Assembly (NCBI GenBank): GCA_030704615.1
Contig: CM060732.1
Location: 77,004,001 to 77,068,000, forward strand
Direction of reading: 5' to 3'
From: Takakia lepidozioides
Taxonomy: Eukaryota > Plantae > Bryophyta
Length of the DNA stretch: 64,000 nt
Shown piece by piece: positions 11,801-22,993 of this stretch; within the stretch, counting starts at the first letter, position 1; the number at the start of each line of letters is the position of its first letter. Position numbers and translations under genes: made by a program. Under the pieces are notes generated by a model that worked only from the letters and a program-made list of their open reading frames with translations, searched no databases and was not told the origin of the DNA.

Positions 11801-12780
11801 TGTTAGAGGACTGTCGGGGACTTAGACACTTATACGGGATCTGTAGGGTACCCTTAATTTTTGCACAGACTGAGACCAACAGGAGCCTTAGGGGTGACAG
11901 CAGCGCACTGTAGAGGGGGGTTACACAGCCCGTCACAGTCGTCACAGTCATCACAGCCGACACAGCAACACAGCCCGTCACAGTCGTCACAGCCAACACA
12001 GCCAACACAGCCCTCACAGTCGTCGACACAACCCGCCACACAGCCAACATCCCGGGCCACACAGCCAGTCACAGCCCGACACAGCCAAACACAGTCGCAC
12101 AGCCAGTCACAGCCCGTCACAGTTTCACACAGCCAGTCACAGCTTGACACAGCTGTCACGATCATAGGGAACGAAGAGTAGGACAGGGAACGACTGTGGG
12201 GAACAACACCTGCGAAGGGACATGTTAGTTCACAGACGACGGTTAGTGAGGGAAATGGTTAGAACCGCGGATAGGAAGATAAAGGGAGAAACGGGGAATT
12301 GAGGACATCATTCGGAGGAGGACTTCTTGGTGATAGAGGAGAGGGGATCGGGCAGAGATGAAGAACAGAAGTGAAGATAGAGAGATGATGAGTAGATGCT
12401 TGATATATGCAAGGCTGTAATGATATTGTAGAGTAGATTAGAGACACAATGGCTTCGGCCTGATACCTGATAAATCATAATCGGATACTTTTACGATACA
12501 ATCACACTGTGTAGAGAGATCTGAGTGAAGCTGTGAATGAATGGATGAGTTGATGGAATCCAATAGATTGATAAAGCAAACTGATACTTAATTATCAATG
12601 GTAAGATAGTTAACATGAATACAAAAAGGGAAACAAATAGGAAACACCCCCATGATACACTAGCTGTAGGTCATGACTGATTGTTCTGCGCAGGCTGAGT
12701 ACTTAGAGATTTCCAACTCTTCAATCTTGGAGTTTCCGCCTCGAATAGCGAAGGGATGGGTGAGTAAAAGCCGCGCGACA
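11801..12780 (+). mobile_element. Solo LTR of family A (980 bp) inserted into the LTR of copy 2
   Basis: TGTTAGAGG...GCGCGACA flanked by the 5-bp TSD CGGAG (11796-11800, 12781-12785); the host LTR resumes after it. Confidence 0.93.
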
Positions 12781-13214
12781 CGGAGAGCAAGAATGGAAGC
12801 AAAGATGGAGGAGGAGAGATGATTAGTAGATGCTTGTTATATGCAAAGCTGTAGTGATATTGTAGAGCAGATTAGAGACACAATGGCTTCGGCCTGATAC
12901 CTGATAAATCATAATCTGATACTTATACGATACAATCACACCGTGTAGAGAGATCTGAGTGAAGCTGTGGAATGAATGGATGAGTTGATGGAACCGATAG
13001 ATTGATGAAGCAAACTGATACTTAATTATCAATGGTAAGGTAGCTAACATGAATGCGAAAAGGGAAACAAATAGGAAACACCCCCATGATACACTAGCTG
13101 TAGGTCATGACTGATTGTTCTGAGCGGGCTGAGTACTTAGAGATTTCCAACTCTTCTATCTTGGAGTTTCCGCCTCGGATAGCGAAGGGATGGGTGAGTA
13201 AAAGCCGCGCGACA

Positions 13215-16200
13215 CCCACACCCACCTTTTCTGGTTTATACACCCCATACCAGACCCCCCTGCACCCAGACCCATCCGTAACCTCCTGACCACGCTTACC
13301 CGAGAAGCAAATAAACAAGGTACAGTGTAGTGTGAAAAGAAGGGGGCATATATCCCCTTTTGTCTAATTCTAATCTAGTTCTTAGTGCAAGGTCTTGTTG
13401 GTATTCTGGTTCTCCCTCTCTCATGGTTGGCTACATCCATGCTGTTTATGATCAGAGTCATAAAGCCCTCATCCATGCCGCAGGGGAAGAGAAGATATGG
13501 ATGGGACAAGTGAAGGTGTTCCCTGCATAGTGCAACAGGCCTGACTAGGGTTCTGTCTTGCACCATGCTTAGTTTTCATGCTGATACAGTCACTCAAAAC
13601 AGCTTCCCAGAGGGTTAATGAGAGCCTATGAGTTCACCATTTGCATGTAGCATCTACTTGAACCCCCTTTGTTCTCATGCAATCACCGAAAATGCAAGGT
13701 AACATGGATCTACCATACAGTGCAGGTCTGCTATTTCTATGCAACTCATGGTCTTTCCTTTATCTCTCAACTGGCCCTCCCTTCATCATTCTTTTGCTGA
13801 ACGGATCTCTCTTCTTCCCAATGTTTTCTCCCTTTCTGATGCAAGTGCCCATATTAGACCAGACAGCCCCTCTTCATGCAATGCAGATATACCAAGGCAC
13901 ACATCCAGTGGAGACCTTTCGCAAAAATCCTCCTTGGAATCATAAGTACACACCACTTTATCTCTTAGCTTTTCTCTCCTCCCAAACATAATCTCTCCTC
14001 ATTCTCATACCCTAATGCTGACAGTTACAGACCCTGTCCCTCATTTCTACCCTGTAGCAAGTGCACAGATTCCCTTGGTGAATCTCCCTATACTGTTCAT
14101 TTTGCAGACTTGTTTAACTCTAAGCACTGATGCACAGTTTGCTCCAGATTCAGTGTGCTGAATCATAAAATCAAAAGCAGGACAAACACTATATATGCAT
14201 TGATTGTAGATGGCTGCATCTGCCTTCTATCACCATTCCCAAAGACATGCATAATCTCTCATCCTCTCTACACCTTTCTGGTTTGAAGCCCAGACCACCA
14301 CTCCATTCCATTTTTCAAAACGTTCTCATCCTCACTCTACTAACTTCAGCGCCCTCAATCATTTCAGCGACATCTATCAAAGTAGCTGCAGCCTCCATTA
14401 ACTTAGCTGTCTTATACTCCAGTTGAAGCGGTGGGATTACCTGCCCAAAATGGCACCTCACCATCTCTGTCAGCAGCTACCCTAACTCCTCTTGTCGTCT
14501 GAATGCCACGTTGTAAAAACAAAGATCTATGCATGTCAGATCCTGTCATCTCTCTGCCACTCCACCTTTCAGATATTCGTCGATTCAAGCGTTCAGTGAG
14601 TCATGACGGCTCTGTTTCAGCCCATGGCAGTAACCCTGTCGCTTGCCAACTAAATACCCTATCCTTCTACATGTGCAATTCTTCCCTAAGAATTGATATG
14701 ATCCTATAGCAAGAAGACAGAAAGCAGCTACAAGCTTTAATTACAGATAACCTGAGTCGCCAGCCAGCACTTCACATTCCGTGGCAGCTGTTGAGCCGCT
14801 CCATCCCCTCATAACTGTGCTCTTCAAGGCAATGGCGGCAGCGGTGGTGCACCGCTCTCATCACATGCTCAGCCTTCAAAAATTGATCATTACCACGAAG
14901 AAAGTGGCACCGCTTCCCCTTGCATTGAATGCCAAGCAGAAGCCCTTAACGCCGCTCTTAAAGCAAGCTGATTCCCCTAGCGTAGGTGCAACTTCCTAAG
15001 ACAGGTTGCCCTGCCAACACCACTGCTCGCAGCAGCTGCGAAGAGTTGCCCGTCATCTTCCTCTTCGTTCTCCTCAGCCCGTGTTTCTAGGTTAAACATC
15101 TGCGATGAAAATCATTCATCCTAAGGATGAAAAGGCGCATGTCATGACTTAGCCACATTTTGTCCTGGCAGAGCATTAGCATAGTGTGCCCATGGAATTA
15201 CCTGTAGGCATGGATAATTCCCTCCCATTATTAGCACCATGGCACTCCCTTTGTAGCAATGCCGAATCCTGATGCCAAACAAAATTTCAATGTTACTCAC
15301 CTGCATTCACACTACAGTAGCCTCCATCAGCCACACCAAAGTACACATCCAAAAATGGACTCAATCAAGTGTATTGCACCATAAACTCTCAAATCATTTC
15401 TGGCTAACCAAAACTACTACGGACGCAAAAATCCGACAAACACTCAAATTCAGATACGCCCAATACCTGGGTCACCATCGCAAGCACATCTTCTGGCCGC
15501 ATATGTTCCCATCCCCATACTGTCCATTGTGTTCAACCACTCACCAAGCTCGTGACACCTGGCCACATCTCCTTAGCCAATGTACGCACCCGATCATACA
15601 CGGCCTTCATATCACGCGACACAACCAGGCAGTCTGGCATCTCCATAAGCTCTTTCTAAACTGTGCTGAAACCAGATGGTTCTCGCTTATAAACGCTGGC
15701 ACCTACCAAGGTCGGCCACCCGACCACACCATGCCACCCTGGCTGCTACCATGCATATGTACCCGATCACCATGCTCATGCCCTTCCAGGTTTTGCCCGG
15801 ACATACTCCTTGTACAAGGCCTACCCATTAACACCCTACCCCCCACCTCACCCATCCCACAATTCACCATCCATTTCATTGAATTCACATTTTGTCACGA
15901 TCGCTAACGCGATGATTCAATTTTAGAAAAACGTAAAAAATATGCCCCACTTATCTTTGCAATCCGACGGTATGGCTGGAAAACTGGCCCATTAACCGTC
16001 ATCACCGCCGGTACTCGAGGCGGCATTCATAACGCCAGTATCAATGACATACATGATAACCTCAATATTCCCACTCTTCCCATCCACAAATGTTTCAAAG
16101 CAATTCACCTCATGGCACTCTGTTCACTCACAGCTACTATCACCAACAAACGCCAATTGTAATCCAGCACTTCAAACACACCATAGGTCCCCCAGGGTAC

Positions 16201-16383
16201 CCCCTGGGTACCTAGGGGTACACAGACTCCCCTACTTTCTACTGTCAATTGGTGTCCCATAGGACACCTTTCCTTTTATAGGGCCCACCCCCGAAAGGAG
16301 GCAGTAGCCGCAAGGTGAAGTAGCTCTTAGTTACGCCGGCTTCGGCCGGAGTCATCTCTTTTTTTTTTTTTTTTTTTTTTTTT
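13215..16383 (+). mobile_element. 3' end of an RLE-type non-LTR retrotransposon (Dualen/RandI-like), interrupted by TIR element copy 2
   Basis: From 15317 the frame encodes CPLC-x-DTWPHLLSQC zinc knuckle, RHNQAV, PDILL and IEFTFC (PD-(D/E)xK-type restriction-like endonuclease). It continues past a stop at 15905-15907 as KRKKYAPL...AGTRGGIH to a TAA near 16160. 13215-13325 joins in frame. Confidence 0.72.
13326..15316. mobile_element. Non-autonomous TIR element, Ginger/GingerRoot-like (copy 2, 1991 bp)
   Basis: Same TGTAGTGTGAA...TTCACACTACA termini and internal similarity to 8157-10414; TSD imperfect (ACAG overlaps the terminal ACA). Confidence 0.75.
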
Positions 16384-17220
16384 GCGATTCCCTGTAGGTT
16401 CCCATCAAGTTAAAAAATACAGTGCCATGCGAGTGCCTGCAAAATCCCCTAGCCGTTCAGAACCTGACACCACCTTCGGCCAGCAACACCATTTTCCAAC
16501 TTCAATTCCAGCTTCACCTTGACGTGGTGGCCAGCCATATCGTTGAATGTTGGTATTCGAATGGCAGGCAAAATGAACCCTGATCAGTTCCAATTCAAAT
16601 AGCCCACCATGGAAAATACAGAGATTAATGAGATCACCACAACCTGGTCACGGCGGAGGAGCTTGTCAATCTTCTTCACACCTTCCTCGAGTGAATACTT
16701 TACCGTCTCAGCAACGTAAATGTCACTGAAGACTACCTAGGTGCGCTATGACATCGCCCCTGTAGATTTATCAAACCTAAAGATGGACGAGTGGACATCC
16801 AAACTAGGACCACCTGAGCAGTAGTGCCGATTGCCCCACGTTAATTCTGATTCAAGCTTCTGTCCGCAGCTCCACCATTGCAGAGTTTGTCGATGGAGCT
16901 AGCTAATCGTCCTCCATTAGAGCCAATGTCATATCCAGCCCCATAGGTCGACTTTGGGTACGATTAATGAAAACAAAACGAGGGTATGGTCCGTTCAGCT
17001 TTTGTCCGAGTCGATGGAAGCCGCCAGACCACGAACCCAAAATTCTGATGACAAATCATTCATTGAGTTCTTCCAGCCAACATGGCCTCACTCAGGTTGC
17101 TCTACCGAGACCAGCTTCTTCCTGTTCTTAACAGCCATCAACTTGAGTGGCGGCTTTTCATTGTATTTGCTAACTCAATTTCCAGTACGCCACTCCATAT
17201 TCTGCTTGTCATTAATCACA

Positions 17221-20200
17221 GCTGATGAGCAGGTGAGAGAAGTGAATGTAGGAACTGAGGAGGAACCGAGAATGGTGAAAGTAGGGGCTGACTTGGAGCC
17301 AGAATTCTTTGAGGAAGCTAAGAGTCTATTCATCAAATACAGAGATGTATTTGCTTGGAGCTATGAGGATCTGAAAGGGATACCACCTGAGATCTATTAG
17401 CATAAGATTGAACTGGAACCAGGGTCAGTACCAATCAAACAGGCAACAGAATGAATCCCAACTATGCATAGAAGGTTGGGGAAGAGATCAAGAAGTTGGT
17501 TGAGGCTAAGTTTATATACCCGATAGAGTATTCAACTTGGTTGTCACCCATTGTGATAGTTCCCAAGAAGAATGGTAAACTGAGAGTTTGTGTGAACTAT
17601 AAGAAGTTGAATGCTTGTACAAAGAAAGATCCTTTCCCTTTGCCATTCACAGAAGCAGTACTGGACACTGTGGCAGGCCATGAGATGTATTCATTCATGG
17701 ATGGCTTCAGTGGGTATAACCAAGTGCAAGTGGCAGAAGAAGACCAGGGAAAGACAGCTTTCATCACAGAATGGGGTGCTTATGTATACAAAGTCATGCC
17801 TTTTGGACTTTGTAATGTACCAACATCCTTTCAGAGAGTGATAAGTGAGTCTTTCCATGAGTATTTGGATGATTTCATGCAAGTGTTCTTGGATGATTTC
17901 AGTGTGTACAGCTCTAAGAATGAGCACTTACATAAATTGGAGTTATGTTTGGCCAGATGCAGGATGAGGGGGCTGGGCTTGAATCCAAAGAAGTGTACTT
18001 TCTGTGTGAACTCAGGGGTACTTTTGGGACACATTGTGTGTAAGAGGGGACTTATTGTGGATCCCAGAAAGACAGAGGCCATTAAAGCCTCCCCACCACC
18101 AGTAAATGTTAAGAGTCTAAGGAGATTCCTTGGACAAACCAATTATTACAGAAGATTTGTCAGACGGTATGCACAGATAGCAGCACCATTGAGCAAGCTT
18201 TTGAAGAAAGATGCAGTGTTTGCATGGACAGCGGAATGTCAACAGGCTTTTGAGGAACTTACATTGTCAGTAACAACTACACCTGTGTTGATTAACCCTC
18301 ATTGGCAAGTAGTGTTTCATGTTCACTGTGATGCCTCAGGAGAAGCATTGGGAGCAGTATTAGCCCAAAATGTTACAAGAAACATAGTTTCACCTATGTA
18401 TTATGCTAGCAAGTTGATGAACAGTGCTGAGAGGAACTATAGCACAACTGAAAGAGAAGCATTGGCAATGATTTATGCAGTCAAGAAATTCAGGTATTAC
18501 CTATTGAGAAGAAAGTTTATGTTTTATGTGGATCATCAGGCTCTGATTTATCTGGTGAACAAGCCTTTGATAAGTGGAAGGATAACAAGGTGGTTAATAA
18601 TCTTGCACGAGTTTGAGTTCGAAGTTGTTTACAAGCCTGGCCGTTTGCATCTTGTGGCAGATCACTTGTCCCGCCTATCAACATGAGAGCCCGCCACATG
18701 AATAGACGACCAACTACCTGATGCGAGTTTATTTGCAGTGGAGGTGCAGGGAAGTGCAGATGATTGGTTGGATTGGCAGTGGCCAATCAGATACTACCTT
18801 ACTCATGGTCAGTGCCCACCTAGTTATGGGAAGGAGCAGAGGAAGAGAATAGCTATCAAGGCTTTACCTTACACTATGATAGGGGGCAGAATGTATAAGC
18901 TAGGACATGATGAAGTACTTAAACGATGCTTGTACCACCATGAAGTAAATAAAGTTTTGGAGGAAGTTCATAAAGGAGTGGCTGGAGGTCATTTTGGAGA
19001 AGAGACTACCAGTAGAAAGATACTACTTGTAGGTTACTGGTGGCCTACATTGTTCAAGGATGTACACAAGTATTGCAAGAGTTGTGATGAGTGTCAGAGG
19101 CTAGGACCATTGCAGAGATCTGGGAAGATGGCTTTGCATCCTACGATGCCTACTGAACCATTTCAGAAATGGGGACTAGACTTTGTTGGACCAATTAACC
19201 CACCAGCCAGAAATACACAGAACAACTATATAATCACAGCCACTGATTATACTACAAAGTGGGTGGAAGCTAAAGCTCTGAGGGACAACACAGCTAAGTC
19301 CACAGCAAGGTTCCTATATGAGAACATACTTACAAGATTTGGCTGTCCCCTGGAATTTATCAGTGACCAGGGAAGTCACTTCATTAATGAGACCATAGAA
19401 CTATTGACTAAAGAGTTCATGATTGTGCATAGGAAGAGTACAACTTATTACCCACAGGGTAATGGGCAGGTAGAGGCTACCAACAAAATACTATGTACTA
19501 TCTTGGCTAAGATAGTCAATGCAAACAGAATAGATTGGGATACAAAGCTGCTGACAGCTTTGTGGTCATATAGGACTTCATATAAAGTCACCACTAAGTA
19601 TACACCATTCCAATTAGTTTATGGTATGGAAGCTTTACTTCCAGTGGAGTTCTTGTTACCTACCATGAGAACTGAATGGGGAAGGAGAATGGAATTGGAA
19701 GATTCAATTAAGGTCAGGAAACATGAATTATACCATGTGGAAGAAGTACGTGCTGATGCAGCGGATAACATGACCAGAATTCAGATGAAGAGGAAGGATC
19801 AGTTTGATGAAGGTAAACTAAAGACTTTTAAGACGGGTGATTTGGTACTGTGGTTGCAAAAGAAGGGTAAGATTAAAGCTTCTAAGCTTAAATCTCCATG
19901 GAAAGGACCTTATGTCATACAGAAGATGTATGATAACAACACCGCAATGTTACAAACCATTAACAAAGATATGTTGGGAAGAGTCAATGCCAATAAGTTG
20001 AAGGGATACAGTGGTATCCATGACAAACCATTACAACATGATTTGCATGTTGAAACACAGAAACAGTCACGGGCTGCACCGGTAATACCAACGGAGCATG
20101 AAGCACTTGTTGTAAAGCCCAATGTGTATGGCCTGAGCGGAGAACACGGGTGTTCGCACAGTTATCACAGCCCACCACATCATCACACAGCTTATCACAG

Positions 20201-20606
20201 CCCATCACAACATCACACAACCTATCATAGCCCACCACAGTGTCACACAGCCTATCACAGCTCGTCACAGTTTGACACAGCCTGTCACAGCCCAACACAG
20301 CCCACGCGGGTTACACAGTCCATAGGGTCAGTGACAGGTGGACGTGGGTTAACGTCCGGAAAGTGGCCGACGGGTGAAAAGACAGCTTGGAAGTCAAACT
20401 CGGAGAATGTGCCACGCGGACAGGGGAAGACGGAGGCAGGTCTAGAAACGAACACGTGGTCGCCAGGGCGAAGCACACCACAGTGCATATATTGCAAAAA
20501 CGGGTGTCATCATGCAAAAAGACAAATTGGGCCGTCAAAATACCTACCCGGTACATCAACCCTATATGCAGGTGGTTTCCTCCAAGAAACAAGAACAAGA
20601 AATTAG
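17221..20606 (+). pseudogene. pol: pol (reverse transcriptase, RNase H, integrase) with premature stops and a frameshift
   Basis: RT: KKDPFPLP, MDGFSGYNQ, MPFGL, FLDD. RNase H: HCDAS, YSTTEREALA, VDH, ADHLSR. Integrase: H-x6-H...CKSCDEC, GLDFVGP, SDQGSHF, NGQVE, WKGPY. Stops at 17398-17400 and 18684-18686. Confidence 0.95.
20157..20320 (+). repeat. Internal CACAG-based array (30-bp higher-order unit) between the integrase core and eORF1
   Basis: About 5 units such as CACACAGCCTATCACAGCCCACCACAGTGT; same core motif as the LTR arrays. Confidence 0.85.
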
Positions 20607-21831
20607 TAGGGTTATGAGCGCAAGAGTCGGGGTGGCTCCGAATAACCAGCGTTTCGACAGGAGGAGCAATCAAAGCTATAGCTTTGTAGCTATGGCGGAT
20701 ATTACAGATTACACGCTCGCTTTACTTCTCATGCAGTGGTGCAAGGACGGACGGGTTGAGAGTACATCTTCTCTCACCCGATACTTGCAAGCCCCACAGG
20801 CTTACACGCACTTACCCGTTCCATTCTGTGCCAACCATCCCTTTATGCTCTATGCCCTGCAAGCTTTCCTACAGCTGTTTCAAACAAGGCCTATTTGTTT
20901 GTCTAGAATGAAGAGAGTGAGGGGAATGGAGGATATCAGGGTGAAGAGCACCACGATTCTGCAGAAGCAAACAATTGCTACACCACAGGCAGTGCAGCTG
21001 CCGAGGGAGTTGCGATTGGAGGGGCTGCTACACAAGGACTGGTCTTTGCATCATCGGCAGTATATGATTCAATTTCTTCAGAATTTTGAGCCTCGGACGG
21101 GAGTTACCCAGGTGAGGGGAGTAGATATAGAAATTACTCCCCAGTACTTGCAGCAATTGTTCGATTTGCCATCGGGTCATGTGGATGTGGATGAGCACAG
21201 GGCAAGATTGCAGATAGGGAATTTGTTCCAAGAAGGGAGTTTCCTTAAGACTCAAGGTTACGCTTTCACCAAAGCCGAGTACCCAGGGCTCAGAGAAGTT
21301 GGCCAAATCTTGAACGTTCTGTTTGCCATGAAACAAAACCAACAATATTTGAGCAGATCATTCACAGAGGAGATACTAAAAGCTTTGAGGGGAGAGGATG
21401 TAGCTTGGGCAGAATTAATGTACAATGGTCTGGTGGAAGAGATGAAGAGGTTACCGGGCACTGTTGCTAAGTCTCCGATCATTGTGTCTGGCCCAGTCAT
21501 TGCCCAAATTATTCTTGACTCTTGCATACTTGATGCGCGAGAACGTAAGGAGATGGGAGTGTTTGAGGCAACAACCACTGCAATGGAGGAGCAGGGCTCT
21601 TCACATAGTGAGGGTGGACTGGAGGGGCAACACCAGTCTAAGAGACAGAAGCGGCATATGACTGTAGTGGCAGATCCAGTAGCTTCAAGGAAACCGCAAG
21701 ATGATGTTTCCATAGCTCTTGTGCAGGATGGGGCACAGCAGCACAGAGGGCTGTTATTACTGGAAGCACGGCCTTTGGAGAGGGAAGAAAAAGTCACTTC
21801 GGTACCACAGCCATGCATGCCAGGACTCTGA
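20512..21831 (+). CDS. Family A extra ORF1, N-terminal part; resembles plant-transposon/plant-mobile-domain-like proteins; ends at an apparent deletion junction
   Basis: 439-codon ORF in the env-like position; QFLQNF...VRGVDIEITPQYLQQLFDLP motif. Runs directly into the eORF2 start without the coiled-coil block seen in copy 1. Confidence 0.6.
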   Translation: MQKDKLGRQNTYPVHQPYMQVVSSKKQEQEISRVMSARVGVAPNNQRFDRRSNQSYSFVAMADITDYTLALLLMQWCKDGRVESTSSLTRYLQAPQAYTHLPVPFCANHPFMLYALQAFLQLFQTRPICLSRMKRVRGMEDIRVKSTTILQKQTIATPQAVQLPRELRLEGLLHKDWSLHHRQYMIQFLQNFEPRTGVTQVRGVDIEITPQYLQQLFDLPSGHVDVDEHRARLQIGNLFQEGSFLKTQGYAFTKAEYPGLREVGQILNVLFAMKQNQQYLSRSFTEEILKALRGEDVAWAELMYNGLVEEMKRLPGTVAKSPIIVSGPVIAQIILDSCILDARERKEMGVFEATTTAMEEQGSSHSEGGLEGQHQSKRQKRHMTVVADPVASRKPQDDVSIALVQDGAQQHRGLLLLEARPLEREEKVTSVPQPCMPGL

Positions 21832-22955
21832 TTTTTCAGTCTTCTTCGCAGGAGGTGCAGGAGTTGCCAGTGGTAGAAGGGCCAGTGGTGGCAATATCAC
21901 AGCCTCCACAACAGGTGGCTGTGCAGGTGGCTGACCCTGTTGCTACTATGGCAAAGCCACAGCCTGAGGTTTGGGGGGATGCTGTTTTTAACCCACCTAG
22001 GACTCATGCTGCACGGGAGTACAGTCGGGCTATGATTATGCCCTTCAACCAAATTCCCATTGTGCTGGATTTGGCTTGGAAGGAATTTAGTCCTCCGCAG
22101 TCGTTGGCACATTACTACCAGATCATGCGCATTTGGTTGCCAGTGGCAACTCGGACTAAGGTTCTTCCGAACAATCGACCTATTGAGGATCATCACTTTG
22201 CAAGGTACTGGTCTGAGGCAGGCACCATGCTGAAGGAATTAATTGTCTTCCATGGCACGTTATCACATTGAGCAGCAGAAGATGCAATCACAATTTCTGA
22301 GTTATTCCAGTGGGGATCATTGGGTCTTACCTTCAGTGCCACCTCATATGTACCTGTATGATGCGAAAGTTATGATGCAGAAGGATTCCCAGCTTCGTTC
22401 ATGGTTTAATTTGGCTTGGAACAACTTGGCAACACAGAAATTGGGCCCTGATGATATTTTCTGTAAGAGACATGGAGCCTGGAAATACTTACACTGTTCC
22501 AAAGTCATTGGCGCACCTCGCACCTATATGACGAAGGAGTTTAGGGCGTTCGCTCATTTTGCTTGCACGCGCTTACAACAAGTAGTACAGTTTAAGCTCC
22601 CGACATGATGGGCCAACATTGTATGCCACACAGGATTCCGGAGAAGCCACTTAAAGTTCGGCCGTTAAAACACTTAAGGGGAGACGATGATTTTGATACT
22701 ACTGGTTCTTCAGGGGAATCTCTTGACATGGCAGAGGACTATGCACTCCAGATGGCAGAGAAGAAACGACGGGGATCTCCTATGCCTGAGAGGTTACCTC
22801 GTTATCAACCACAGGAGGGTCAGACATTTCCAGGTAGTGCTCAATCGCCTCCATCAGCCAGTGACAGGGCTCGAGCTCGCACACGGAGTCCTTCACAAGA
22901 CTCTCACCGTCAGAAGGGTGCTCGCTCACAAAGGTTTGCTGATCCTAAACAGTAA
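21813..22955 (+). pseudogene. Family A extra ORF2, diverged and frameshifted copy
   Basis: Three ORF pieces align to 759-1991; ~86-bp deletion at 22252. Confidence 0.85.
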
Positions 22956-22993
22956 ACCGTGAGGACACGGCTTTTTGAGAGAGGGAGGGATAA

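Larger units (their letters stand above)
7591..13214 (+). mobile_element. Family A copy 2 (5'-truncated; eORF2 interrupted by a TIR element; 3' LTR 11238-13214 interrupted by a solo LTR)
   Basis: 7591 onward aligns with ~645 onward of copy 1, and 10419 resumes at copy-1 position ~1212. PPT and LTR are present. Confidence 0.9.

Noticed and set aside
11298-12181. Cys/Val- or Gln/Ser/Thr-rich ORFs on both strands
   Set aside because: Translations of the LTR CACAG arrays; the frame is not conserved among LTRs.
15272-15316. N-terminus of the 211-aa ORF
   Set aside because: Derived from the TIR element end; LINE coding sequence starts at 15317.
16280-16320. SRP RNA helix 8 or a known small ribozyme
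   Set aside because: It lacks the CAGG side of the SRP motif, and I could not fit twister, pistol or HDV cores by eye.
16359-17220. Poly(A) tail and 3' end of the - strand L1 at 24-29.7 kb
   Set aside because: No zf-RVT or other L1 C-terminal motif in the - strand frames I translated, and no TSD linking it to 23959.
16954-17400. 148-aa ORF
   Set aside because: Unrelated flank fused to the truncated pol at ~17221.
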